Origin: a virus
IMG/VR virus record: IMGVR_UViG_3300044769_000253
Span: 15,549 to 79,548 of that record
DNA length: 64,000 nt
Direction: 5' to 3' (one strand)
In this document: positions 26,942-36,763 of the stretch, one piece after another
Numbering within the stretch: position 1 is the stretch's first letter
How the letters are laid out: every line of letters begins with the position of its first letter
The notes under the pieces: model-generated
The model's input: the letters and a program-made list of their open reading frames with translations, nothing else
Told to the model about the DNA's origin: nothing
Database searches by the model: none
Position numbers and translations under genes: made by a program

Positions 26942-28241
26942 AGCGAAGAGCCTTCGGTGGAACTGGCGTTTCTGGGCACGACCGAAGCAGATTGCGCCGC
27001 CCGGCAAGTGGGTCATCTGGCTCATCATGGCGGGGAGAGGGTTCGGGAAAACTAGACTTGGCGCCGAGTGGATCCGCGAGCGCGTCAATTCGGGCAAGTC
27101 GCGACGCATCGCTCTGGTAGCCGAGACGGCAGCCGACGCTCGCGACGTGATGGTGGAAGGCGAGAGCGGATTGCTATCGTGCTTTCCGGCGTCGGAGCGG
27201 CCGATATACCAGCCAAGCAAGCGCCGTGTGACGTTCGCGAACGGAGCGATCGCGACGACGTACTCGGCGGAGGAGCCCGACCAGCTTCGAGGTCCGCAGC
27301 ACGACACGGCGTGGTGTGACGAGCCGGCGAAGTGGCGCTATCCCGAAGCGTGGGACCAGCTCATGTTCGGACTGCGCAGCGTCGAGACCGATCCGCGCTG
27401 CGTTGCGACGACCACGCCGAAGGCAGTCGAGCTGATTCTGCGTTTGGTCGCGCGCGCTGGTGACGACGTCGCACTGACCACGGGAACGACGTTCGAAAAC
27501 CGCGCCAACCTGGCGCAGGTCTTCATCAACGAGATCACCCGGCGCTACGCCGGCACGCACCTCGGCGAACAGGAGCTCGAGGGCAAGCTCATCGAGGATG
27601 CGAAGGGCGCGCTATGGCACCGGGGTTGGATCCGGCGTGTCGCGCGCGCACCGGCGATGAAGCGCATCGTGGTCGCTGTCGACCCGTCGGTTTCTGCGGA
27701 CACCGAAGGCGCGGCGACTGGCATCGTTGCCGCCGGCGTCGGTGTCGATGGTCGCGCCTACGTCCTGGCGGACGGGTCGCTCGACCAGCCCACTCCAGAC
27801 CAGTGGGCGAACGCGGTCGTCGCTCTATTCGAGGCCCAACAGGCCGATCGCATCGTCGTCGAGGTGAACCAAGGCGGCGACCTCGTTCGAGCAAACCTGC
27901 AGAGCGTCAAGAGGTTCCTGCCGATCACCGAGGTTCATGCGACGCGCGGAAAGGCCGTGCGCGCGGAGCCGATCGCGGCGCTGTACGAGCAAGGCCGGGT
28001 CTCGCATGTCGGCACGTTTGCTCTGCTCGAAGACGAGCTTTGCAAGTGGGAGCCGAACAGCGGCGCTCGCAGTCCGAACCGATTGGACGCGCTCGTCTGG
28101 GCAATGACGGAACTCTACCCCGAACTCACACTAGGCCCCGTCGAACTCAGCGCAGAGGATGCAGCGGTCCAAGACGAGTCGGTTTGGGGTCGCGAGCATA
28201 GCGTTTTCGGAGAAGACGGCGGCTCATTCTGGGGCAACTGA
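26835..28241 (+). CDS. terL: terminase large subunit
   Basis: AGRGFGKT, AWCDE, ATTTP, nuclease VVAVDPS, VEVNQGG, RAEP, SPNRLDALVWA. Confidence 0.95.
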   Translation: MQLSLPKGSERSPAEWLASLPEAHRAKILTELSDAEAKSLRWNWRFWARPKQIAPPGKWVIWLIMAGRGFGKTRLGAEWIRERVNSGKSRRIALVAETAADARDVMVEGESGLLSCFPASERPIYQPSKRRVTFANGAIATTYSAEEPDQLRGPQHDTAWCDEPAKWRYPEAWDQLMFGLRSVETDPRCVATTTPKAVELILRLVARAGDDVALTTGTTFENRANLAQVFINEITRRYAGTHLGEQELEGKLIEDAKGALWHRGWIRRVARAPAMKRIVVAVDPSVSADTEGAATGIVAAGVGVDGRAYVLADGSLDQPTPDQWANAVVALFEAQQADRIVVEVNQGGDLVRANLQSVKRFLPITEVHATRGKAVRAEPIAALYEQGRVSHVGTFALLEDELCKWEPNSGARSPNRLDALVWAMTELYPELTLGPVELSAEDAAVQDESVWGREHSVFGEDGGSFWGN

Positions 28242-28276
28242 TTCCAGCCTGAGGCTGGTCGAACTCACACGCGGAG

Positions 28277-28939
28277 ATGAACATGGGAAACAGCCTTGGT
28301 GCACAGTCGTACGGCGATCGCACGGCCCAACTCCTGAGCCGACTCTACGCCGGCACCTTCGACACCGTCACCGCGCTCAAGGCGTTGGGCGCCAAGAACC
28401 GCGTCGACGGGATGCTTGCGCGCACCATCGACGGCCGCGTCTGGCGCTTCAAGCTCTCGAGCTCACTCACGGGTGACGACCAGCTCGTCGCAACGCCAGC
28501 TGCTGGCTCCGGTCGTTGGCTGCTCGAGCCGGGCGTCTACCGGCTACAGCTGGCAATCGGCTTCGCGACGGCGGATGCAGCGGTGCTGCTCACCTTGCCG
28601 GCTGGCTGCGTGCTCGAACCGCTCGAGTTCTACTGGACCATCACCGCCGACTGGACGGGCGGCTCCTCCAGTGCCATCGGCGTGAGCTCGGCCAAGACCG
28701 GCTACTCCACGAAGGGCGATCTGCTCGGCGGAGCCACGGGCAACGTGCTCGCGGACCTCACCGTCGCGCTCAGCCCGCAGAAGGGCACCATCGGTGCGGG
28801 CTTCGACACGCTCGCGAAGCGACGCACCCTCTTCGTTGCAACCGACAACATTCGGTTCGACCGCATCACCTCAGCATTCACCGCCGGCGCCGGAGCCGTC
28901 AACGCCCTCGTGCGAGTCCACCAGAACGCCGGCGCGTGA
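28277..28939 (+). CDS. hypothetical, probably virion protein
   Basis: GGAG RBS; beta-rich; lies between terL and portal. Confidence 0.6.
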   Translation: MNMGNSLGAQSYGDRTAQLLSRLYAGTFDTVTALKALGAKNRVDGMLARTIDGRVWRFKLSSSLTGDDQLVATPAAGSGRWLLEPGVYRLQLAIGFATADAAVLLTLPAGCVLEPLEFYWTITADWTGGSSSAIGVSSAKTGYSTKGDLLGGATGNVLADLTVALSPQKGTIGAGFDTLAKRRTLFVATDNIRFDRITSAFTAGAGAVNALVRVHQNAGA

Positions 28940-29571
28940 TGCAGTCTGCCTCCGTAAGCCCGTCTCCGCGGACCGTCACGATCGACAATCCGTCGACCGA
29001 CCTGGCGGACGCCGATGGGATCAAAACGTCCGTCGGCACCGAAACCACCGCGCAGACCTACACCGGCGCGGATCTCGACGGCGCGAACGCAAACCCGGGA
29101 CCGGCATTGCCGGCGCCCGGGGGGTACGCCGACCTGACGCAGTACCCGTCGGTCACAACCACGACACAGGCGAACGCCTACAACACGACCGATCCGATCG
29201 TGTTCGTCGGTACGTTCGGCGGGATTGCGGTGGAGCGCAGCGCCTTGCTGACGGCGGCCGGCGGGAACGAGACGATCGTTGCCGACGGACCGATAGAGCA
29301 GGTCAGCGAAGTCCGGGTGCCAGCCCAGCTGCTCGACACTGGAACGTTCACCTTCGGCTTGAGCGGCATTGGCCCGTTCGGTCGAGCGCGCGGAGAGATC
29401 GTGCAGTCCGAACCGTGGCGAACGATGCAGTGCACCGTAGCGGGTACTCTGCACGTGCAGTACGCGGGTGGATACGATGACACGATCCCTGCTTCAGCAG
29501 GCGAGAGCTACCCATCGGAGCCCATTCGAATCTACGCGGACAGCACCGCGGAATTCATTCTGTACCAGTGA
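28939..29571 (+). CDS. hypothetical Thr/Ala/Gly-rich, probably virion protein
   Basis: TGATG coupling at 28937-28941. Confidence 0.6.
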   Translation: MQSASVSPSPRTVTIDNPSTDLADADGIKTSVGTETTAQTYTGADLDGANANPGPALPAPGGYADLTQYPSVTTTTQANAYNTTDPIVFVGTFGGIAVERSALLTAAGGNETIVADGPIEQVSEVRVPAQLLDTGTFTFGLSGIGPFGRARGEIVQSEPWRTMQCTVAGTLHVQYAGGYDDTIPASAGESYPSEPIRIYADSTAEFILYQ

Positions 29572-29587
29572 CCAAAGGGCGTGAGAT

Positions 29588-30961
29588 GTGGCTGCACGCA
29601 AGCGAAAGGCGGCAGAGGTAGGTAGCGCCGAGCTCACAGACACGCTCATCGCCGACGAATCGGTGTGGAGGCGCATCATCGGCAGCGGGCCGCTGACGCC
29701 CGACCGTGTCACCAATGCGTGCCGCGAGGCCGATCTCGGGCGTCCGGCGAGGCTGGTCGACCTCGTCCACGAGTTGCGCCAGAAGGCCGGCGAATTTCAG
29801 TCGGTCATGCAGTCCCGCGAACTCGCTGTCAGCGGGCTGCAGTGGGACATCGTCGCGCCGGAGGGTGCAAAGCAGCGGGACAAGAAGGCCGCTGCGCAGT
29901 GCAAAAAAGCTCTGCGGGAGGCGAGGGACTTCGTTACCGCTATCGGTCACTGGACGGGAGAGGGAAACGCTTTCGGTCACGCGACCGTCGAGCAGATTTG
30001 GCGCGTCACCGAAGACAACCAGCTCTGGCCGAAGCTCTTCAAGCCGATCAACTGCCGACGCTTCGGGTTCCGGATCTCCGACGGCGCCCTGCTGTACGAC
30101 GATTCAGGGCTCGGCAGCGTCGAGGTCGATGGCGTTGACCTCGTCGGCAGGTACGGCGCTGGCAAGTTCCTGCAGTGGCGTCCACGTGTCAACGGAGACG
30201 TCGCACCGCGCGAGGGCTACTCGCGCGTGCTTGCGTGGCTCGGCCTGTTTTCGAACTGGTGTCTCGGTGACTGGGCGCAGCTTGCTGAGCTCGGGTGGAA
30301 GCCGAAGAGCATCGGCAAGTACCCGCGAGGAACGAAGCAGCAGGACATCGACGTACTGAAGCGAATGCTGACGCGCATCAACTCGACGCGCGTCGGAGTC
30401 ATTCCGGACGAAATGTCCATCGCGATGGAGTGGGCCAAGGTGGCATCGAGTGGCAACAGCTCGGTGCACCGAGAGTTCGCCGAGTTCATCGGTCGACGCG
30501 CTGCTCAAGTCGTCCTAGGACAGGCCTCAACGTTCGAGCCTGGTCCCAACGGCGACCGAGCATCGACGACCGTGCGTGACCAGATCCGTCGTGACTTGAG
30601 AGAAGCCGACTGCGTCGGTATCTCCGACATGGTGACGCGCGGCTACTGCCGATCGTTCACCGACTTCAACTATGGCACGCGCGTTCAAACACCGATCTTC
30701 TTCTTCCTGACGGAAGACCCGCTCGACTTGAAGGCGTTCTCAGAGTCGATCGAGAGGCTGCGAAAATCGGGCCTGCGCATCCCCGAGAGCTACGTCCACG
30801 ATCGCACCGGCATTCCGGTTCCCAAGGCGGACGACATCCTGCTTGGAGACAAGGTCGACGAGAACGGGAAGCGTGTGGAGACGCCGCAGGAGGATCCGAA
30901 CGATGGCGAAGCCGACGACGAGCGATCGGAAGACCGCGAACAGACAGACGACAAAGCGTGA
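29588..30961 (+). CDS. portal protein, DUF935/Mu gp29-like
   Basis: R.LAV.GL.W.I, LG.P..IGKYP, VLGQ..T, R.D...AD pattern. Confidence 0.87.
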   Translation: MAARKRKAAEVGSAELTDTLIADESVWRRIIGSGPLTPDRVTNACREADLGRPARLVDLVHELRQKAGEFQSVMQSRELAVSGLQWDIVAPEGAKQRDKKAAAQCKKALREARDFVTAIGHWTGEGNAFGHATVEQIWRVTEDNQLWPKLFKPINCRRFGFRISDGALLYDDSGLGSVEVDGVDLVGRYGAGKFLQWRPRVNGDVAPREGYSRVLAWLGLFSNWCLGDWAQLAELGWKPKSIGKYPRGTKQQDIDVLKRMLTRINSTRVGVIPDEMSIAMEWAKVASSGNSSVHREFAEFIGRRAAQVVLGQASTFEPGPNGDRASTTVRDQIRRDLREADCVGISDMVTRGYCRSFTDFNYGTRVQTPIFFFLTEDPLDLKAFSESIERLRKSGLRIPESYVHDRTGIPVPKADDILLGDKVDENGKRVETPQEDPNDGEADDERSEDREQTDDKA

Positions 30962-31060
30962 TGCGGAGGCGTGGCGGCGCAAGCACGCCGAGCGCCGTCA
31001 TGCGCCGGGCTACGTCGATCGCTCGGTCCAGTCCAACCAGACCACTCAGCGCAAACAGCC

Positions 31061-32266
31061 ATGAACCTCGCCGAAGTACTCCGCAACATGCAGCCCGAGC
31101 AGTTCCGCCAAATCATGGCGGGACTGCAGAGCAAAGACGCAGACGCGGCGCGCTCCGGGATGGTTCACCGAACGTTCGGCCTCACGGTCAAAGCCGATGG
31201 GATCGACAAGGGGCAGCGCTCGGTGCGCGTCGTCGCATCGACAGAGGCAATCGATTCGTACGATGAGATCGTGATTCAGGATTGGGAGAAACGACTCGAT
31301 CGGTACCTCGCAAACCCAGTCGTGCTGTGGAACCACAACGTCCACGGCATTCTAGGCATGGGTGGGATGGCCGAGGAAGACCTGCCGATCGGATTCAGCA
31401 CCGAAGTTGGCGTGGTGAAGGGTCAACTGGAGGCCACCTTCAATTTTGTCACCGCCGAGGCCAACCCGATCGCCGAGAAGGTGTGGCAGGGCTTCCTCCA
31501 GGGTTCGATTCGCGCCGTGTCCGTCGGGTTCGTACCGCACACGGTGAAGAGCGAGAAGCGCGAAGACCAGGACATCTACGTTCTGAGCGACAACGAGCTT
31601 TTCGAAATCTCCGCGGTCCCCATGGGCGCAAACAAGGAAGCCGTCCGCATGTCAGCGGAGCGGAAGGCCGAGCGCGAATGGTTCGCGCAGCGCGCGGCCC
31701 CGCCCATCAACGTCACCAACCAACCCCAGCCGCCAAGCGGCCAGGAGAAGACCATGGACATCGAGCAACTCAAGGCCCAGCTGGCGGAAGCCGAGAAGCA
31801 GAACACCGAGCTGAAGGGCGAGATCAACAGCGCGAAGGCAGCGCGCGTCGTGGTGGAAACGAAGCTGTCGGCCGCCGCAACCGAGCTGGATGCCGCGCGA
31901 AAGGCGCTGACCGACTCGGAAAACAAGCTGCTCGAGAAGGACGCCAAGATCGTCGCGCTCGAAGCTGACGCCAAGAAGGCGAACGAGGCCCGCGAAGCGG
32001 CCGAGGCGGAGACGATCAAGCTCGAGGTCAAGGCGCTGATCGGCAAGAAGATCACCGCCGCAGAGTTCGACGACATCGTGGAGCTGCGCACCGAGAAGGG
32101 TCCGAAGGCCTTCGCCGAGAAGATGGCGCGCCGACCCGACCTGAACCTCACCGAGGACGTGACCGGCGCCGAGAAGTCCGCGCAGACCAACAACACCGAC
32201 TCCAAGCCGACCGGCGCCGCAGTCAAGAGCGCGCTGAAGGCGGCCGAGCAAGCCGCGAACGGCTGA
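31061..32266 (+). CDS. HK97-type prohead protease with C-terminal scaffold
   Basis: DSYDEIV, NPVVLWNH, AVSVGF, LFEISAVPMGAN; coiled-coil C-terminus. Confidence 0.87.
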   Translation: MNLAEVLRNMQPEQFRQIMAGLQSKDADAARSGMVHRTFGLTVKADGIDKGQRSVRVVASTEAIDSYDEIVIQDWEKRLDRYLANPVVLWNHNVHGILGMGGMAEEDLPIGFSTEVGVVKGQLEATFNFVTAEANPIAEKVWQGFLQGSIRAVSVGFVPHTVKSEKREDQDIYVLSDNELFEISAVPMGANKEAVRMSAERKAEREWFAQRAAPPINVTNQPQPPSGQEKTMDIEQLKAQLAEAEKQNTELKGEINSAKAARVVVETKLSAAATELDAARKALTDSENKLLEKDAKIVALEADAKKANEAREAAEAETIKLEVKALIGKKITAAEFDDIVELRTEKGPKAFAEKMARRPDLNLTEDVTGAEKSAQTNNTDSKPTGAAVKSALKAAEQAANG

Positions 32267-32302
32267 ACCACCCACGACCCCGCAACCTAAGGATTTCAAC
32301 AC

Positions 32303-32716
32303 ATGTCAACGAGGCCTTTCGTTTGTCTCGAGGGTGCGATCATCCGCACTCACACCGTTGCGTCGGCCAAGACGGTCGACCAGTACTACCCCGTGAAGCG
32401 CAGCGGCGCTGACGGTGCGGTCGAGAAGATCGCGGCCGTCGGCGACGACGGCATCGGCATTGCGCTCGATGCTGGCGTCGCGGGCGACAAGGTGCGCGTG
32501 GTCTATCCTGGCTGTTGCGTCACGCGCTGCAAGGTCGGCACCGGTGCTGCGACCGAGGGCGCTCCCGCGAAGTACGCGTCCGATGGCCTGACCGACGCAA
32601 CGGTCGGCGGCGGCACGACCAAGTTGGTCGTCTACGGCAAGTTCACCGAGACGGGCGTCGCCGGCGACATCGTCGGGCTCGACCTCGGCGCGTTTTCATT
32701 CACGGTCGGCTCCTGA
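32303..32716 (+). CDS. head decoration/capsid cement-like protein
   Basis: Small Gly/Ala-rich (GIALDAGVAGD, A...GDIV); lies before capsid gene. Confidence 0.6.
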   Translation: MSTRPFVCLEGAIIRTHTVASAKTVDQYYPVKRSGADGAVEKIAAVGDDGIGIALDAGVAGDKVRVVYPGCCVTRCKVGTGAATEGAPAKYASDGLTDATVGGGTTKLVVYGKFTETGVAGDIVGLDLGAFSFTVGS

Positions 32717-32753
32717 GGCCTGACCAAGACCCAAGACCCAACGGAGCTCACAC

Positions 32754-33878
32754 ATGAACCCGATGCAAGAAGTGGTCAGGCAGCAGCGCACGCCCGAAGG
32801 TCGCGCGTACGACGCCTACATCAAGGCCATCCAGACGCTGGGCAACCGGCTCGGTCAACCGTCTTCAGGCGAACAGCTGGACGCAGAGCTGGTCGATCTG
32901 AAGCGCGAGAACGAGGCGATCTTGGCGATCAAAGACATCCGCCCGGGCGACGTCCACGTGAGCCAGGTGCTCCAGACGCTCTCGGTGATGTTCGCCAACG
33001 ACGAATTCATCGGCAATCGCTTGATGCCGGTGGTGTTCAACAGCGGAAAGCTGAGCGGCACCTTCTACAAATACGAGAAGCGCAACTCGCTCGGCTACCC
33101 GGACGACTCGATGGCCGACCGCACGACTCCGGCCGAGCTGAACCAGAGCCGCACGAAGGCCACCTTCTCTCTGACCATTCGGTCGCTGCGTGAGTTCTTG
33201 GATCAGTACGTGATCCAGAATCAGGATGCGCCCTTGAACGAACTCGTCGACCTGACGGCCAACGTGTTGAACGGCATGGCCTTCAACCGCGAGGTTCGCC
33301 ACGCGGCAGTCCTGTGCACAGCGGGCAACTTCGGCGCCAACACCGTGGCGGTCGCAGCGGGCGACCGCTGGGATACGGCCGGCGGCGGTGATCCGGGTGC
33401 GGTGATCGACACGGCGAAGGCCGCCGTGTGGAGCGGTCGTGGACCGGGTCGTTGGGCCGGCTACATGTCGCTTAACGTCTTCAACGTGCTCAAGCGGCAT
33501 CCACGCATCCTCGACACGTTCAAGTACGGTGTCGGGGCTGCCGGTCCGAGTCAGGCGAGTCTGCAGATGCTCGCCGAGTACTTCGACTTGGACGAGATCC
33601 TCGTCGGCCGCGCCCGCAAGGACACGGCGAACGAAGGTCAGACGGCGAGCTACTCGCGCATCTGGTCGGACGTGTTCGGCATCGCGCGTGTCGTCGCGCC
33701 CTCGCCGCGCAACGCCGGTTTCGGCTTCACCTTCCAGGACGCCCCGACGCAGTCGGACCTCTCGTACGAGCTGATGGACGGCGCCAAGGGCGGTTACTAC
33801 GCCCGCTCGACGCACGCCGACAACGAACTCGTGGTCGCCAGCGAGTGCGGCTACCTCGTCACCACGCCGATCGGCTGA
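32754..33878 (+). CDS. major capsid protein
   Basis: 374 aa, GGAG RBS, position after protease/decoration genes. Confidence 0.85.
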   Translation: MNPMQEVVRQQRTPEGRAYDAYIKAIQTLGNRLGQPSSGEQLDAELVDLKRENEAILAIKDIRPGDVHVSQVLQTLSVMFANDEFIGNRLMPVVFNSGKLSGTFYKYEKRNSLGYPDDSMADRTTPAELNQSRTKATFSLTIRSLREFLDQYVIQNQDAPLNELVDLTANVLNGMAFNREVRHAAVLCTAGNFGANTVAVAAGDRWDTAGGGDPGAVIDTAKAAVWSGRGPGRWAGYMSLNVFNVLKRHPRILDTFKYGVGAAGPSQASLQMLAEYFDLDEILVGRARKDTANEGQTASYSRIWSDVFGIARVVAPSPRNAGFGFTFQDAPTQSDLSYELMDGAKGGYYARSTHADNELVVASECGYLVTTPIG

Positions 33879-33880
33879 TC

Positions 33881-34408
33881 ATGGCTGACCAGAAGAACCA
33901 GGGTCAGGCGCCCGTCCAGGCGGGCGCTGCCAACCAGGGTCCGCCGAAGGACGCAGCGCCGCCGAAGCACACCGAAGCGCAGATCCAAGCTGCGCTTCGG
34001 TCGGCGCGCGCAGCCGGCGCTGGCAAGCTCGACGAACTCGAGGCCGTGCTCCGCTCCGGCGGGGACCTGGCCAAGGTCGCAGAGCAGATCGCTGCCACCC
34101 GAGAACGGAACCTCGCCGACTACCACGTGCGTGGTCCTGGCTCGGTCTCGCTCAATGGCGCGCTCCATCCGCCGGGTGCGTTGCTGCGCCTGACCGACGT
34201 CGAGGCTGGCGACCTCGGCGACGCTGTCGCTCCGGGCAAGCCCAAACGGAGATTCGAGCGCAAGCAGCGACCTGCCGGTCGCTACAAGCTGCTTGGGCCA
34301 GGAAACGTGTGGTTCGACGGGCGTCTGCATGTGCCGGGGTCGGTGCTGCAGCTGAGCCAGGCGGACGCGCGCGACATCCCGACCGACCTCGAACTGCTCG
34401 AGGGCTGA
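33881..34408 (+). CDS. hypothetical head-region protein with two internal repeats
   Basis: Y.V.GPG.V..NG.L..PG..L.L repeated twice. Confidence 0.6.
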   Translation: MADQKNQGQAPVQAGAANQGPPKDAAPPKHTEAQIQAALRSARAAGAGKLDELEAVLRSGGDLAKVAEQIAATRERNLADYHVRGPGSVSLNGALHPPGALLRLTDVEAGDLGDAVAPGKPKRRFERKQRPAGRYKLLGPGNVWFDGRLHVPGSVLQLSQADARDIPTDLELLEG

Positions 34409-34441
34409 ACCAAGAAACGCGCACTGAACTGAGGCGTTCTC

Positions 34442-34918
34442 ATGGGCGACTACATCGCACAGGTCGACCTGGAGGACGCCATCAGTCCGCACACCGTCGT
34501 CGAGTTGTTCGACGACAACGAAGACGGCGGTGCAGACACAACGCCGCTCGATGCCGTGATTGCTCGCGCCGAGGCGCAGGTCAATTCGTACCTCGCGAGA
34601 GCGTACAAAGGGCTGACGCTGCCTGTCACCCAATCGCCGGCCAGCGACATGCTGAAGCAGGCGGCGCTGATGTTCGCCATTCCGTACGCGTTCCAACGGC
34701 ATCCGGAGTACGTTAGAAAGTTCGGCGAGAACCCGCGAGACAAATCGATGCTTCAGGAGGCTCACGCCTTCATGAAGAGTCTGTGCGAGGGCGACCAGAA
34801 CCTCTTCGACGTTCCAGCACAGACGACGCCGTCGATCATCGGCAGCGACGTCACTGACAACGACGCCGAGCTGACGTTCATGGACACCGACGGGTCGCGG
34901 TTCATCGGTGATTTCTGA
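34442..34918 (+). CDS. head-tail connector, Mu gp36/DUF1320-like
   Basis: YI...DL....., AI..AEA.VNSYL...Y.LP. Confidence 0.75.
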   Translation: MGDYIAQVDLEDAISPHTVVELFDDNEDGGADTTPLDAVIARAEAQVNSYLARAYKGLTLPVTQSPASDMLKQAALMFAIPYAFQRHPEYVRKFGENPRDKSMLQEAHAFMKSLCEGDQNLFDVPAQTTPSIIGSDVTDNDAELTFMDTDGSRFIGDF

Positions 34919-35493
34919 TGGCGATCATTTTCGACAGCACGGCATTGCGCGCGATTCAGACCGCGTTCGAAGATGCGATGCACGGCGCAGTTCGCGGCTC
35001 CGTGCAGAAGGCTGCCGAAGAGGGCGCCGCCGAAGCGAAGCGGGTTGGCCAGTTCAAAGACCGCACCGGCAGGTTGAGGGGTTCGATTCGCGCGCGACGC
35101 ATCAACAGCGACCTCTGGGAGATCGTTGCCGGTGGAGACGGCGTCAACTACGCGCTCTTCGTCGAGGCAGGCACCAATCCACACGAGATTTGGCCCAAGG
35201 CCGGGGCCGGGTCGGTGGGGCCACTCAGGGCTGGTCAGTCGCGAAAGAAGCGTGGCGAGACGGGCTCGAGCCTGACGCCGCGGCACTCGACGCAGCACAA
35301 TCGGTGGCTGCGTTGGTACACCGGTAATCCGCTCGCGGTTGGCGACAACAACGTGCATTTCGCCCGCATGGTCCACCACCCGGGCACGAAGCCGTACCCG
35401 TTCATGGGACCGGCACTGCTCAAGGCGGAGCGCGTGATCGAGCGCGAGGTCACCCTGACCGCCGTCGAACTCGATTCGAAGTGGCAGCGGTGA
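34918..35493 (+). CDS. neck/tail-completion protein (HK97 gp10-like)
   Basis: RTG.LR.SI, YA.FVE.GT, HPGTKPYPFM.PA. Confidence 0.65.
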   Translation: MAIIFDSTALRAIQTAFEDAMHGAVRGSVQKAAEEGAAEAKRVGQFKDRTGRLRGSIRARRINSDLWEIVAGGDGVNYALFVEAGTNPHEIWPKAGAGSVGPLRAGQSRKKRGETGSSLTPRHSTQHNRWLRWYTGNPLAVGDNNVHFARMVHHPGTKPYPFMGPALLKAERVIEREVTLTAVELDSKWQR

Positions 35494-35494
35494 C

Positions 35495-36211
35495 ATGGCC
35501 GACACATTCGGCGCGCTGGAACTCCCGGCACAGATCCCCACTGCTAGCGATACGGTCACAGACCCTGCGCTCGACGTCATCGGGGAGTTTTCCGCTGCCG
35601 TTCTCAACTTCTACGCGGGCGACGCATGGGCATGGGCAGCGGTTGCGGTAGATTCGACGCCGTTCGTCAAGACGGTCAACACCCACAACCCGGAAGACGT
35701 CGAGTTCAACTCACGGGACCTGCCAGCGCTGTTCCTCTGGCGCTCGCGAGGTATCACTGAGCGACTGGCCGATGATTGGCTGATCGCGCGCGACAACGTG
35801 ACTCTGCTGTGGGTGCCACGGCCGGAGGCACAGAAAAAGCGCGCGCGACGCTCGCCCATCTTCAACGCCTTCGAGAAGTTCTTGGCGCCGGCGTTTGAAA
35901 ACGGTCGTGATCCAGCATGGATCAAGGCCGGCGACACAGACCCTTTTGCAGCATCGCGCGGCAGTTCGTTCCTCGATTGGGCCGGTCTGTTCCGTGCGCC
36001 AACGGAACAGCCGATTCAGGTGACGAACACGAAGCTCGTCATTCAGATGGAGGGATCGGAGCCGCGTACCTATGACGCAGTGACGCTCCAGATGGAGCTG
36101 GCAGAGAGACTCGTGCGCGACCCAGCGGTGCATTCCGAGGCGCCAACGAGCGTGCAGTTCGACATCGACATTGACGGCCTGATCGTGGATTCGTCCATCG
36201 ACGGGCGTTGA
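35495..36211 (+). CDS. putative tail terminator
   Basis: Synteny before sheath; LPALFLWR. Confidence 0.5.
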   Translation: MADTFGALELPAQIPTASDTVTDPALDVIGEFSAAVLNFYAGDAWAWAAVAVDSTPFVKTVNTHNPEDVEFNSRDLPALFLWRSRGITERLADDWLIARDNVTLLWVPRPEAQKKRARRSPIFNAFEKFLAPAFENGRDPAWIKAGDTDPFAASRGSSFLDWAGLFRAPTEQPIQVTNTKLVIQMEGSEPRTYDAVTLQMELAERLVRDPAVHSEAPTSVQFDIDIDGLIVDSSIDGR

Positions 36212-36226
36212 GGGAGCAGCGGCAAA

Positions 36227-36763
36227 ATGCGTCTTCCCACACTTCGGGTTTTCCCGAATCCGTGGACCCATATCGATCAGTTCGGCAATCCTGCCGGTAC
36301 GTGCCCATGTGATGCGTTCGAGCACAATCCGACGCCCGGGGCTCGAGTCGGCGCGCACATTGCCGAAGCCAAGCTGGTGCGCAAGGGTGAGGTTCGGACG
36401 ATCGCAGGCAAAGCAACGGTCGCCATCCCGCACGATCACCAAGTTCGATGGGAGTACAGCGCCGACGCAGTGACGCTGCCGAACACTGCGTACTATCGCG
36501 AGCGGGTCCGAGAAGCGGATCTGATTGCTGCCGACGAAGCGACCGCAACGGTGTGCGGAATCAAGTTCGTCGAGCCGAAGAAAGCTCTCGAAGCAGCGCG
36601 CGCCGCTGCGACGTCCGAGTTCGATGCGCAAAACGGCTCCGGCGCCTTCGCGTCACTCCATCCGGCGCTCGTACCGCAACCCGAGGCGCCGTCCACGCCC
36701 CAACCCGTCCCGCAACCCGAGGCGCCCACGCGAAAGACCTCGCGAAAGAGCGATGACACATGA
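36227..36763 (+). CDS. hypothetical tail-region protein
   Basis: ATGA-coupled to sheath. Confidence 0.5.
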   Translation: MRLPTLRVFPNPWTHIDQFGNPAGTCPCDAFEHNPTPGARVGAHIAEAKLVRKGEVRTIAGKATVAIPHDHQVRWEYSADAVTLPNTAYYRERVREADLIAADEATATVCGIKFVEPKKALEAARAAATSEFDAQNGSGAFASLHPALVPQPEAPSTPQPVPQPEAPTRKTSRKSDDT

